Notes: generated by a model from the sequence alone, not told the origin. DNA of 64,000 nt from an uncultured Candidatus Saccharibacteria bacterium (GCA_964556325.1 CAZKVS010000001.1:67133-131132); one strand, 5' to 3'; positions 37,821 to 47,907 are shown, counted from the stretch's first letter. Program-made: numbers and translations.

Positions 37821-38303
37821 ATGCATATGGATGTAGCAAATTATGTAAACGATAAAAAGCATACCCCTGGGTACCGTTGTAATAAGTGTGGCAAACTCTT
37901 GACTGAAGGTGAAGAGCACAAGGTTGAAATACGGTGTAATCGTTGTGGGACACTCAATAAAATATTGGAGAAAATGACCGAGCAAGTAATTGTTACCGAT
38001 GTAAGAGGTACTATACTATTTGTAAACGGAGAAGTTGAACGAATAACCGGTTATAGTGCGGAAGAAGCTATAGGCAAAACGCCTTCTTTGTGGGGCGGGC
38101 AAATGCCGCCGGAATTTTATAAGACTATGTGGTCTACGCTGGTAGACGAGAAACAAGGAGTTTCCGTAAAAGTTACCAATCGGCATAAGTCAGGGTATTT
38201 GTACGACGCGCTTCTCAGAGTTTCTCCGGTGTTGGATAGTCAGGGAAAAATAGAGTTATTTGTTGGTTTTGAGTCTTTGGTTGCCAAGCATCCGCCCCAA
38301 TAA
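37821..38303 (+). CDS. Zn-ribbon + PAS-domain protein
   Basis: CNKCGKL...CNRCG ribbon followed by a PAS-like fold (ITGYSAEEAIGKT...). Confidence 0.55.
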   Translation: MHMDVANYVNDKKHTPGYRCNKCGKLLTEGEEHKVEIRCNRCGTLNKILEKMTEQVIVTDVRGTILFVNGEVERITGYSAEEAIGKTPSLWGGQMPPEFYKTMWSTLVDEKQGVSVKVTNRHKSGYLYDALLRVSPVLDSQGKIELFVGFESLVAKHPPQ

Positions 38304-38380
38304 CTGCTCAAAAATATATATGTCGTAGCTCTTGTAGCTCACTTTTTACTAGGTGAGTTTTTATTTTTTTAGAAAACAAA

Positions 38381-40024
38381 ATGGACGAAATAAAAATACG
38401 AGAAATATTGCTAAAAGAAGACTATGTTTCCGCAGCCGATTTAAAAACTGCCGAGGAGTATGCTAAAAGTCATAAGACCACTTTACTCGATGGTCTTCTG
38501 TCTTTGCAGTTAATTACCAAAGATTTACTGCACCAAGCAATTGCCGAGTTTTTGGGCATGGCTTTTATAGACTTGACTGCAAAGCCGCCGGATAAAAAAG
38601 ATATACTCAGTATTCCGAAAGCTTTGGCGGAAAAAGAAAAAATAATTTTGTACAAGCAAACTTCCAAAGAGGCTACCATCGTTTCTGGTGGGGTTGTGTC
38701 TCCCGAAGCCTTGGCAGAACTGCAGAACCTTTTTGTAAATAAAAAAATAAGTGTTGTCTACGCTGATCCAGAAGCAATTGCACTCGCGATGATGCAGTAT
38801 CGGCCGGCACTTGAAACTCGATTTGGCGAAATTATCAAAGCCGGTGGAAAGGTTGCTCCGGAAATAATCGATCAAATTCTAGACGACGCACTTGCTTTGC
38901 GTGCGTCCGATATCCACTGCGAGCCGCAAGGTGCTGACGTACTTATTCGTTTTAGGATTGACGGAGTATTGCATGAAGCTGGACGAGTACCGAAAGAACA
39001 TTACGAAAACATTGTGAACCGGATTAAGGTGCAGGCCAAGCTGAGAATTGATGAACACTTGGCGAGTCAAGACGGTGCTATCCATTTTAGTGGCACACAT
39101 CATCAGGCAGACCTGCGGGTTTCAATTGTACCCACACTAGACGGTGAAAAAGTGGTTATTCGGGTTTTGGCAGAGTATGTTCGAGACTTTTCTCTCACAG
39201 ATATAGGGTTATCGGCGGAGGATCAACAAACGGTTGTGGAGGCCGCTCATAAACCGTTTGGTATGGTATTGGTGACTGGTCCTACTGGCAGCGGAAAGAC
39301 TACTACGTTATATTCCTTAGTCAAACTGTTAAACGACACGCAAGTTAACATAACCACTATTGAAGACCCGGTTGAGTATAAAATTACCGGCATAAACCAA
39401 ATTCAGGTAAATACTGTAAGCAATTTAACTTTTGCCAAAGGTCTGAGGGCAATAGCCAGGCAAGACCCCAATATTATTTTGGTGGGTGAAATCCGAGATT
39501 TAGAAACGGCGGATATAGCGGTCAACGCAGCGTTAACTGGTCACTTATTACTTTCCACTTTTCACGCCAACGACTCTGCTGCTGTAATGCCAAGGCTTTT
39601 AAACATGGGCATTGAGCCATTTTTACTTTCATCGACTCTGGAATTGATAGTGGCCCAGCGCTTGGTAAGGAAGATATGTGAAAGTTGTCGGTTCACTCAG
39701 AGCGTTACTCTGGACGACATTATAAAGTTGCTGCCACGTGCGAAAGAATATTTTTCAGAAAGTTCCGTAACGCTCTATAACGGTAAAGGGTGTGGTGCGT
39801 GCTCTCAGACTGGCTATAAAGGTCGTTTGGGTTTGTTCGAGTTTTTAAAAGTCACGCCAGAAATGTCCGACTTAATTTTGGCTAACCCTTCGAGTAAACA
39901 AATTTGGCAATTAGCAAAATCCCAAGGCTGTCGAAGTTTGTTTGAAGATGGTATACAAAAAGTTAAAGCGGGACACACGACGTTGGAAGAGTTATTGAGA
40001 GTGGTAAAACCTAAAGATTTATAA
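38381..40024 (+). CDS. pilB: Type IV pilus assembly ATPase PilB (GspE family)
   Basis: N-terminal GSPII_E_N repeats, Walker A VLVTGPTGSGKTTTLYS, Asp/His boxes, C-terminal tetra-Cys (CESC...CGAC). Confidence 0.9.
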   Translation: MDEIKIREILLKEDYVSAADLKTAEEYAKSHKTTLLDGLLSLQLITKDLLHQAIAEFLGMAFIDLTAKPPDKKDILSIPKALAEKEKIILYKQTSKEATIVSGGVVSPEALAELQNLFVNKKISVVYADPEAIALAMMQYRPALETRFGEIIKAGGKVAPEIIDQILDDALALRASDIHCEPQGADVLIRFRIDGVLHEAGRVPKEHYENIVNRIKVQAKLRIDEHLASQDGAIHFSGTHHQADLRVSIVPTLDGEKVVIRVLAEYVRDFSLTDIGLSAEDQQTVVEAAHKPFGMVLVTGPTGSGKTTTLYSLVKLLNDTQVNITTIEDPVEYKITGINQIQVNTVSNLTFAKGLRAIARQDPNIILVGEIRDLETADIAVNAALTGHLLLSTFHANDSAAVMPRLLNMGIEPFLLSSTLELIVAQRLVRKICESCRFTQSVTLDDIIKLLPRAKEYFSESSVTLYNGKGCGACSQTGYKGRLGLFEFLKVTPEMSDLILANPSSKQIWQLAKSQGCRSLFEDGIQKVKAGHTTLEELLRVVKPKDL

Positions 40025-40025
40025 C

Positions 40026-41162
40026 ATGCCTCAGGTAAAAATTCGTAAACGTCAGATTGAAGAAGACTATGAAGCACAACCGCCTTTTGCGTTTCATTCG
40101 GGCTGGCCGTACTTTACTGTTGGCTTTGGTGACGAGATAGACTACTTTGTGGAGAATTTGAGCATTATGATAGCTTCGGGTATGGGTGTAACCGCGGCTT
40201 TGGCTGGCATTAAAGTCGGTACTAAAAACCGGAGTTTAAAAAAGAACATAGCAGTCATAGAACAAATGATTGCCGATGGTTTTCCGCTTTGGAAAGCCTT
40301 TGAGCGCACTCAATTTTTACCCTCTCGAATAATTGCCTTAGTAAAATCGGGTGAAGAATCGGGTCGTTTACCTGAGCACCTCAATTTAGTTACTATCCAA
40401 CAGCATAAAGAACGAATTTTTGTTTCCCGTATACGCTCCGCATTGCTGTATCCGGGTATTGTGCTCGCGTTGGCCTTTGTGGTTGCGGTGGGCAGCGCGT
40501 GGGTCACGCTCCCACGGCTAATTACAGTTTTTAATGAAATTCACACGAGTTTGCCACCCACCACTAGAATGATTATTTGGTTGGGGAATTTTTTGGCCCA
40601 CTACGGCAGTTTCGCAGTTCCCCTCACTCTGTTCGGGGCTGGAGTACTCGTATATGCAATATTTTTTTATACTAAAACTAAAATTGTAGGGGAGTATATT
40701 ATATTATTTTTACCGGGAATAAATAAGCTCATCCAAGGTGTAGAGTTGGCGCGCTTTGGCTATATATTTGGCGCCTTGCTTTCTGCGGGTATTCACATAG
40801 AGGAAGCCATGAGTTCCGTTCGTGAGGGGACTAGCTTTGTATCGTATAGAAAATTCTACGTATTTTTGCAAGACGGCATAAGCCAAGGCAATTCATTTAG
40901 TACCATCTTTGCCGGATATGCACACTCAGATCGCTATATTCCGGCGCCTATGCAAAAACTTATTATTGCTGCTGAGCAAAGTGGTAAATTGCCGGAGACC
41001 TTACTAAAAATTGGCCAAATTTTTGAAGAAAAAACTGAAACCATGAGTCAGGATTTATCTACTATTTTAGAGCCAATAGTTTTAATTGTTGTAGGAATTT
41101 TTGTAGGCTTTATTGTATTAGGTTTAATTAGCCCAATATATGGACTTTCAAGCCAGATATAA
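40026..41162 (+). CDS. pilC: Type IV pilus platform protein PilC (GspF family)
   Basis: Two T2SSF-like repeats and three TM segments. Confidence 0.85.
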   Translation: MPQVKIRKRQIEEDYEAQPPFAFHSGWPYFTVGFGDEIDYFVENLSIMIASGMGVTAALAGIKVGTKNRSLKKNIAVIEQMIADGFPLWKAFERTQFLPSRIIALVKSGEESGRLPEHLNLVTIQQHKERIFVSRIRSALLYPGIVLALAFVVAVGSAWVTLPRLITVFNEIHTSLPPTTRMIIWLGNFLAHYGSFAVPLTLFGAGVLVYAIFFYTKTKIVGEYIILFLPGINKLIQGVELARFGYIFGALLSAGIHIEEAMSSVREGTSFVSYRKFYVFLQDGISQGNSFSTIFAGYAHSDRYIPAPMQKLIIAAEQSGKLPETLLKIGQIFEEKTETMSQDLSTILEPIVLIVVGIFVGFIVLGLISPIYGLSSQI

Positions 41163-41589
41163 CACGCAGGGTTTTAGTCTTATCGAAGTTATGGTTGTGG
41201 TCGGGCTTTTAGCGTTGTTCGCTGGAGCTGTTGGGCCCGTGTACCGAACAGTACAAACCAAGACAAATTTAGATATTGCTGTTGCGGGGGTAGCTTCAGC
41301 GTACAGGCGGGCACAGGCAGCGTCTCAGTCGGGCAACGCTGATGCTAATTGGGGAGTAAAATTTTTTACGACTCATACTGTTGTATTTGCGGGGAACAGT
41401 TATGCAGTAAGGCAAGCTTCCTATGACGAAAAACTAGATTTCCCGGATGACACAACTGTTTCTGGAAATACTGAAGTTGTGTTTACTAAATTTACCGGAT
41501 TACCACAAGCTACTGGAACTACAACAGTAACGAACTCTTTTGGCAGTAAAAACCTCATTGTAAATGCACAAGGAACTGTTACGTACTAA
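41140..41589 (+). CDS. Type IV pilin-like protein (prepilin N-terminal methylation domain)
   Basis: Leader MDFQARYNTQG then FSLIEVMVVVGLLALFAG (G|F, with E5). Confidence 0.7.
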   Translation: MDFQARYNTQGFSLIEVMVVVGLLALFAGAVGPVYRTVQTKTNLDIAVAGVASAYRRAQAASQSGNADANWGVKFFTTHTVVFAGNSYAVRQASYDEKLDFPDDTTVSGNTEVVFTKFTGLPQATGTTTVTNSFGSKNLIVNAQGTVTY

Positions 41590-43747
41590 AAAAGAAACTG
41601 GTTTTTCTGTGGCCGAGGTGGTTATTGCCGCGGCCGTGTTGACTATTTTCATTACGGGGATTACTTCTGCTTTGGTTGCTCTGGGCAGAAATATTAACTC
41701 CTCTGGCCACAAAGCACAAGCAGTGTTGTTGGCTGAAGAAGCCTTGGAAGGCTCGCGTAACATTCGCGACGCGGCTTTTTCTAATCTTATTGACGGAACA
41801 TATGGTATGGCCACGGCTAGTAACCAGTGGAACTTTTCCGGCAGCTCAGATGTAAACGGCATTTATACAAGGCAAACAACTGTTTCTACAGTCAGCGCCA
41901 ACCAAAAACAAATATCATCCACCGTTTCTTGGCGACACGGTGCAGCGTTAAACCGCAGTGTTACTGTATCAACGTACCTAACTAACTGGCTTACGAGCCT
42001 GGCAAGGGGAGGATTATTAGCCTATGGTAATGGCGGCACAACGCTCGACAGTATTTTTTATCGTGTACTAAATAACACCGGTAATTGGTCAGCTGCAGCC
42101 CAAGCAGCAGATATAGATGCTGGTACGAGTAATCGGGCTTTGCGTGCTGTGAGGGTTTACGCGTCGGCTACTCGAAATGAAAAAGTCTTAATTTCCCGAC
42201 ATTACAACGGGACTACTCAATACGTGTACGCGCAAGTGTATAACGGCTCCAGTTGGGGTAATGTGCAATTGCTTTCAAGCTGGACAGCCGGAACTTTTCT
42301 AGATGTGCAAAATTTTGACGGCACATATTTAGCAAATGGCAGTTTCATGGTAATTTTTTCTGATAATACAATTATTCCTAAAATGAGAACCTGGAATGGG
42401 TCTGTGTGGTCTGCTCAAAGCTCTCTCACTACCTTAGGCGCCGGCGCTATACCAAACTATGTAGTGGCTAAAGCTCGTTCGGGTAGCAATGAAGTAATGG
42501 CGGCATTTTTTACACAAAATTCTAGAACAATTAGTGAATATTATAACGGTAGCGCCTGGTCGGCAATTACATCACATGCGGCAGCTGCGCCGGTTAATAC
42601 AACTAGGTTTGTAGATTTTGCCTGGAGTCCAAACAATGCTTTAAAAGGCGGTTTGGTATATTCCACCGGAGCTGCCGACAGGGCTTTGCATATAAAAATT
42701 TGGACAGCGAATGGTTTGGGTAGTGGGAGTTGGAGTGCTGTAGCCAATACTGCGAATCAAGGAGTTGGGTCAACGAGGCTGGGGGCAGTGTCTATTGTGG
42801 GTCGGCCGGGAGCAGATGAATTTATTGCCTGTAACAAAAATACCAGCCTGCAAATTATCTGCTACAAAAGTACTTTTACCCCTACGTGGACTAACCCAAC
42901 TAACCAAAGCCTAACCGCGACCACCAATGCAGGAATACAGCGTCCATTTCATATGGGTTTTGAATCGGTGTCCGGTGACCCCGCTATTGGCGTTTATTCC
43001 GACGCGACTGCTACGCCAAAACTAAAAAAGTATACAGCTTCAAGCTCCACGTGGGACGCTTCCGCTACCAGCTTAAATACTTTATTAGCTTCTTTAGCTT
43101 CGGTAAAAGTAATACCCGCTCCAACCACCAATGATATTTTGGTGTTGCTTGGAGACACAAATGCAGATCTCTATTCCACTATTTGGGATGGAACCAATAA
43201 TGTAATATATTCGCCACCCTTGGGAAATACTTCCATAGAAAGTAACTTGGATTCCAATACAGTTGGGAGAGCTGAAAGCTTTTTTGCTACTGCTACTGCC
43301 AGTGGCACTATAAATAGTATCAGTGTGTTCCTTGAATCAACTTCTACATCAACAAATTTAGTAGCTGGATTATATACAAACTCTGGGGGGAGCCCAGGAA
43401 CCCTGCTCTCACAAGGGAGTAGCTCTACTTTGATAAATGGAGCATGGAACACTATTGCTATTCCTTCAGTTACTCTAACTTCCGGTACAAGTTATTGGAT
43501 ATCTATTTTAGGCACGGCTGGCGGAGTTCCTAGATTTAGGGACAGAAGCGGGGGCCCTTGTAATAGTGAAACAAGTGCCTCTACAACGTTAACTTCATTG
43601 CCGGCATCCTGGACCACTGGCACTGTATTTACGACTTGTCCTTTGTCAGCTTATGTCAGTGGGAATGGTAATTCTTTTACACCTCACGGTATCAGTGGCT
43701 CCGCTACTACTGATTATTGGTACGATTTTGCTTGGGACGTATTTTAG
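41564..43747 (+). CDS. Giant pilin-like protein (prepilin N-terminus + ~690 aa Ser/Thr/Gly/Asn-rich beta-rich domain)
   Basis: Leader ...KKETG then FSVAEVVIAAAVLTIF. The rest is low in charge and rich in S/T/G/N/W, like an adhesin. Confidence 0.65.
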   Translation: MHKELLRTKKETGFSVAEVVIAAAVLTIFITGITSALVALGRNINSSGHKAQAVLLAEEALEGSRNIRDAAFSNLIDGTYGMATASNQWNFSGSSDVNGIYTRQTTVSTVSANQKQISSTVSWRHGAALNRSVTVSTYLTNWLTSLARGGLLAYGNGGTTLDSIFYRVLNNTGNWSAAAQAADIDAGTSNRALRAVRVYASATRNEKVLISRHYNGTTQYVYAQVYNGSSWGNVQLLSSWTAGTFLDVQNFDGTYLANGSFMVIFSDNTIIPKMRTWNGSVWSAQSSLTTLGAGAIPNYVVAKARSGSNEVMAAFFTQNSRTISEYYNGSAWSAITSHAAAAPVNTTRFVDFAWSPNNALKGGLVYSTGAADRALHIKIWTANGLGSGSWSAVANTANQGVGSTRLGAVSIVGRPGADEFIACNKNTSLQIICYKSTFTPTWTNPTNQSLTATTNAGIQRPFHMGFESVSGDPAIGVYSDATATPKLKKYTASSSTWDASATSLNTLLASLASVKVIPAPTTNDILVLLGDTNADLYSTIWDGTNNVIYSPPLGNTSIESNLDSNTVGRAESFFATATASGTINSISVFLESTSTSTNLVAGLYTNSGGSPGTLLSQGSSSTLINGAWNTIAIPSVTLTSGTSYWISILGTAGGVPRFRDRSGGPCNSETSASTTLTSLPASWTTGTVFTTCPLSAYVSGNGNSFTPHGISGSATTDYWYDFAWDVF

Positions 43748-43759
43748 AAATGGAAAAAT

Positions 43760-44287
43760 ATGAATCCTAAATTAGGAATACATCGCACACATACGCAGGT
43801 TGGTTTTACCCTTATAGAAATGCTGGTCTATACCGCACTGTTTGCGTTAATGGTTTCGGCGTTGGTGGCGTTTATGAGTACGTTGTCTCAAAGTCGGATA
43901 CGTAACCAGGCCGTGCTGGAGGTGAATGACCAGGCTGCGCAGGTTATGCGGGTTATTACTCAAAATGTACGCAATGCCACGTCTGTAAGTTCCCCCAGCA
44001 TTGGCACTTCGGGGAGCTCGCTTTCTGTTAATACAGTTTTACCCGCTACTACTCCTACCACGTTTACGGTGTCGGGCGGTACTTTATACATTACCCAGGG
44101 TTCAGGTGGGGCTGTGGCGCTGACTAACAACAGAGTAGCCGTAAGTAATGTATTATTTTCCAATTTGTCGAGGGCTTCAACGTTCGGTACGGTGAGAGTG
44201 AGCTTTACTCTACGGAGCGTCTCTTCTGCAACTCAGGCGCAATATAACTATTCAGCAAATTTTTATGGTACGGGTACTCTACGATAA
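43760..44287 (+). CDS. Type IV pilin/pseudopilin
   Basis: MNPKLGIHRTHTQVG then FTLIEMLVYTALFALMV. Confidence 0.7.
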   Translation: MNPKLGIHRTHTQVGFTLIEMLVYTALFALMVSALVAFMSTLSQSRIRNQAVLEVNDQAAQVMRVITQNVRNATSVSSPSIGTSGSSLSVNTVLPATTPTTFTVSGGTLYITQGSGGAVALTNNRVAVSNVLFSNLSRASTFGTVRVSFTLRSVSSATQAQYNYSANFYGTGTLR

Positions 44288-44669
44288 AAGTTATACAGGA
44301 TTTGTAACGCTCTATAGCGTGATAATTTTGGGCTCGATTGGTTTAGTCCTGGTTGCAGCATTGGCCGCTACAAGCATATGGGTTATTCGTACGAGTGGTG
44401 ATGACAAAAATTCTGCTCAGGCACGCAAGGCTGCGGATAGTTGTGTGGAACTAGCCTTGCAAGCTATGCACGATAGCAATAGCTTTACTGGCAGTGGCAA
44501 TGCTTCCGTTGGTGGCGCAACGTGTACTTATGTAGTGACCAACACCGGTGGGAATAACCGCACTGTGGGTGCTACAGGCACAGTTGGTGCCCTGGTACGT
44601 AGAGTTTCTGTTACAACTACTGCCTTTACTCCTTCCCTTACTGTTTCTAGCTGGCAAGAAGTGCCTTAG
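44265..44669 (+). CDS. Minor pilin-like protein (PilX-like, lacks E5)
   Basis: Hydrophobic N-terminus (GFVTLYSVIILGSIGLVLVAALA), then an S/T/G-rich domain. Overlaps the previous gene by 23 nt. Confidence 0.4.
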   Translation: MVRVLYDKSYTGFVTLYSVIILGSIGLVLVAALAATSIWVIRTSGDDKNSAQARKAADSCVELALQAMHDSNSFTGSGNASVGGATCTYVVTNTGGNNRTVGATGTVGALVRRVSVTTTAFTPSLTVSSWQEVP

Positions 44670-44699
44670 GTATTAAATTATTTTCTAGCGTTCAAAAAT

Positions 44700-46958
44700 A
44701 TGAAACAATTCCCTAAAAAAATATTTACCACCACCGTCCGAGAATCGGAACTAGTTGCCCAAGGTGTTAAGAAGCTCACTCTGCAACCAGCTGAGGATTT
44801 CTCCTTTACTCCCGGGCAATATGTGTGGGTGGAAATTCCTACACTTAAAATTGGTGATCCTGCGGGTAACAGAAAAGCATTTTCTATTTGCAGTCTTCCA
44901 AACTCTCAAAACACTTTTTCGGTTGTAGCCAGAGAAAGTGCAAGCGGTTTTAAAAAAGCGTGGTTTGCGCTGAGCCCCGGGGATACGGTAATAACTCATG
45001 GTCCATTTGGTTCAAGCTTTGGTATACATGAGCACTTTCCAAAGAATATAGTTATGATTGCCGGAGGGGTGGGCGTCGCGCCTTTCTTGCCAGTCATTGA
45101 GCTAATACAAAAACGGGCCTTACCCATACGGTGTATTCTTATCTATCTTGACAAAACAGAAGAATCTACCCCGTTTCTCTCTGAACTTGAGCAGCTACAA
45201 AATACAAACAGTTTTTTTGAATATCGTGCAGTGTATGACTATTTTTCATGGGGGTATATAAAAACTAAGTACGAAAATCTAACAGGCGCTACTGAGTGGT
45301 GGGTGTCTGGTTCACAGAAGATGGTTGAGTATGTGTATGCCGAGTTGTCAAAAGGTGGGGTGGCGCGGGAACACATGGTTTTTGAAAATTATTACCCAAG
45401 TTCAAAAGACAACTTAAACATAGAGCAGGTGAGAGAGCAAATGCAGAAAGAGGGTTTACTTACCCAGGCCATACAAAACTCCACTAACCATACAATAATT
45501 ACCGACTCCAACGGTATTGTGTTGTTTGCAAACAAAGCTGCTGAAAAAATAACTGGTTATTCGCAGGCCGAAATTTTGGGGAATACCCCCCGGTTGTGGG
45601 GCGGTATGATGGATCCGGCTTTTTATAAAGATTTTTGGCAGAAAAAGAGGTCCGGCCAGTCGTTTGAAGGTGAGATGACTAATCGTCGAAAAAACGGCGA
45701 GCTGTATCATACCATAGCCCACATTGCGCCAATTTTCGGAACAAGCAAAGAGATTATTGGTTTTATTGGCACCGAAGAAGATGTCACCAGTCTAAAGAAA
45801 CAGGAAGAAAAAATACTTCAGGATAAATTAAAAGATGAAGCTATTTTAAGTAGCATTGGAGAAAGCGTTATAGCAACCGACAATACGGGTAAGGTTGTGT
45901 TTGCAAACCAAACTGCTCTAGACTTGTTTGAGCAGCCTGAAGAAATAGTATTTAATAAAAAAATTTGGGACATTCTTATTTTAGTCGATGCTAAGGGAGG
46001 GTTAATTACAGAAGCGAGTCGTCCTATGAAGTTGGCATTAACTACAGGAAAGAAGATTATAACTTCTGAGTATTGTTTTTACAACGAAAACAACAAAAAG
46101 AAAATTGTAGTGGCTATTACTGCGACTCCTGTAATTTTAGATGGCTCTATTATTGGAGCAATAGAAATTATCCGCGATATTACAAAAGAAAAAGAAATAG
46201 ATCAAGCCAAAACTGAATTTGTCTCTCTAGCTAGTCACCAACTGCGTACGCCGCTTTCGGCAATAAATTGGTATACAGAAATGCTCCTTGCCGGAGACGC
46301 AGGAAAACTAAATGATGAGCAGGAGAAATATCTTAAAGAGGTGTACACAGGTAATCAACGCATGGTGGAATTGGTTAACGCACTGCTAAATGTGTCTCGC
46401 TTAGATTTGGGAACCTTTGTCATTGAACCAAAGCCGACTGATGTTTTAGCGTTGGCAAAAAGCGTACTTGGCGAATTGCAGCCGCTCATTACGCAAAAGC
46501 AATTAACTGTTACAGAACATTTTAGTCAAGGCATTCCCCAGTTCAATGCAGATGAAAAATTACTTCGCATGGTGTTCCAAAACTTGTTGTCTAACTCTGT
46601 AAAATACACCTTACTTAAAGGTTCTGTAACGGCTGACGTTACCGTGGTATCTAAAGATGAAATGTTTGGTGGTAAAAAAGTTGCGGTGGACAGCTTGGCT
46701 ATTTGTGTATCCGATTCCGGTATGGGCATTCCCACTGCGCAGCACGCTAAAATTTTCTCAAAGTTATTTCGAGCCGACAATGCTATGGAAACAGAGGCTG
46801 AGGGCACGGGGCTAGGTTTGTATATTGTAAAATCAATCGTTGACCAGTCAGGTGGAAAGATTTGGTTTAAGTCGGAACAAGATAAAGGAACTGAATTTTA
46901 TGTATTATTTCCCATAACTGGTATGAAGTCAAAAGATGGTTTAAAGAAGCTTGAATAA
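44700..46958 (+). CDS. Hybrid sensor histidine kinase with an N-terminal FNR-like FAD/NAD(P)H-binding oxidoreductase domain, PAS repeats, HisKA and HATPase
   Basis: RKAFSICS (RxYS-type FAD motif), MIAGGVGVAPFLP (GGxGxxP NAD motif), two PAS segments, H-box LASHQLRTPLSAI, G-boxes DSGMGI and GTGLGL. Confidence 0.75.
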   Translation: MKQFPKKIFTTTVRESELVAQGVKKLTLQPAEDFSFTPGQYVWVEIPTLKIGDPAGNRKAFSICSLPNSQNTFSVVARESASGFKKAWFALSPGDTVITHGPFGSSFGIHEHFPKNIVMIAGGVGVAPFLPVIELIQKRALPIRCILIYLDKTEESTPFLSELEQLQNTNSFFEYRAVYDYFSWGYIKTKYENLTGATEWWVSGSQKMVEYVYAELSKGGVAREHMVFENYYPSSKDNLNIEQVREQMQKEGLLTQAIQNSTNHTIITDSNGIVLFANKAAEKITGYSQAEILGNTPRLWGGMMDPAFYKDFWQKKRSGQSFEGEMTNRRKNGELYHTIAHIAPIFGTSKEIIGFIGTEEDVTSLKKQEEKILQDKLKDEAILSSIGESVIATDNTGKVVFANQTALDLFEQPEEIVFNKKIWDILILVDAKGGLITEASRPMKLALTTGKKIITSEYCFYNENNKKKIVVAITATPVILDGSIIGAIEIIRDITKEKEIDQAKTEFVSLASHQLRTPLSAINWYTEMLLAGDAGKLNDEQEKYLKEVYTGNQRMVELVNALLNVSRLDLGTFVIEPKPTDVLALAKSVLGELQPLITQKQLTVTEHFSQGIPQFNADEKLLRMVFQNLLSNSVKYTLLKGSVTADVTVVSKDEMFGGKKVAVDSLAICVSDSGMGIPTAQHAKIFSKLFRADNAMETEAEGTGLGLYIVKSIVDQSGGKIWFKSEQDKGTEFYVLFPITGMKSKDGLKKLE

Positions 46959-47382
46959 ATTAATGAGTAAACATATGTCTATGTCAAACGAAGATAAGGT
47001 GGTATTAGTGCTCGAAGACGAGCGGCCTTTGCTAGAGGCTATAAAATTAAAACTAGAAAAAAATAGTTTTGAGGTGGTAACGGCTCGAACTGTGGAGCAG
47101 GCAAAACAGTACGTTGACGATTTAGTAAAGGTAGATGTTATTTGGCTGGATCATTACCTCCTTGGTAAGGAGAACGGGTTAGATTTTGTGGCTTGGTGCA
47201 AGGAAGAAAATAATGCTAAGTGCAAAAACATTCCTATATTTGTAGTTTCAAACACCGCCAGCGCAGATAAAGTTTCTACGTACATGCGTCTCGGTGCAAA
47301 AGAATATTTTGTGAAGTCAAACCATCGGCTAGATGAAATTGTAAAAGCAATTGCTGACTATTTAAACAAGGGGATTGAATAA
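46951..47382 (+). CDS. Stand-alone response-regulator receiver domain
   Basis: VVLVLEDE ... IWLDHYL ... K. Confidence 0.7.
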   Translation: MNKLMSKHMSMSNEDKVVLVLEDERPLLEAIKLKLEKNSFEVVTARTVEQAKQYVDDLVKVDVIWLDHYLLGKENGLDFVAWCKEENNAKCKNIPIFVVSNTASADKVSTYMRLGAKEYFVKSNHRLDEIVKAIADYLNKGIE

Positions 47383-47391
47383 TAACTTATT

Positions 47392-47784
47392 ATGGAAAAT
47401 AAAAAGACAATTTTGGTGGTGGAAGTTGTAGAAGATGAGGCACCACTCCGAAATGCACTTGTAGAAAAATTATCTCGTGAAGGATTCTCAGTCTTAAACG
47501 CAAAAAATGGCGAAGAGGGATTACAAACAGCTTTGTCTAATCACCCGAACTTAATATTGCTTGACATTATAATGCCAAAAATGAATGGATTAGAAATGTT
47601 AGAAAAGTTGAGAGCCGATGCCTGGGGTAAAACAGCACACGTGATAATGCTTACTAACCTAAGCGACAACGAAAAAATTGCCGAAGCAATGCATAGCCAC
47701 GCCTTTGATTATTTTGTGAAGTCTGATATTAAAATTCAAGAAGTAGTAGATAAAATAAAAGAAAAGTTATTGCATAAAGCATAG
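47392..47784 (+). CDS. Stand-alone response-regulator receiver domain
   Basis: ILVVEVVEDE ... LILLDIIMPKMNG ... K. Confidence 0.8.
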   Translation: MENKKTILVVEVVEDEAPLRNALVEKLSREGFSVLNAKNGEEGLQTALSNHPNLILLDIIMPKMNGLEMLEKLRADAWGKTAHVIMLTNLSDNEKIAEAMHSHAFDYFVKSDIKIQEVVDKIKEKLLHKA

Positions 47785-47844
47785 TATATAAGTTGGTTTT
47801 ATTAATGAAGTAGTATACTAAGGCGTCGTATAGGGGAGTTTGTC

Positions 47845-47871
47845 GGAAAATCGCCGAATAGGCAGTTTTTT
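47845..47871 (+). terminator. Intrinsic terminator, third copy of the shared motif
   Basis: ggaaaatcgccgaataggcagtttttt. Confidence 0.5.
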
Positions 47872-47907
47872 GATATGCTGAATTGAGAATTTGCTATAGT
47901 CGTTATC

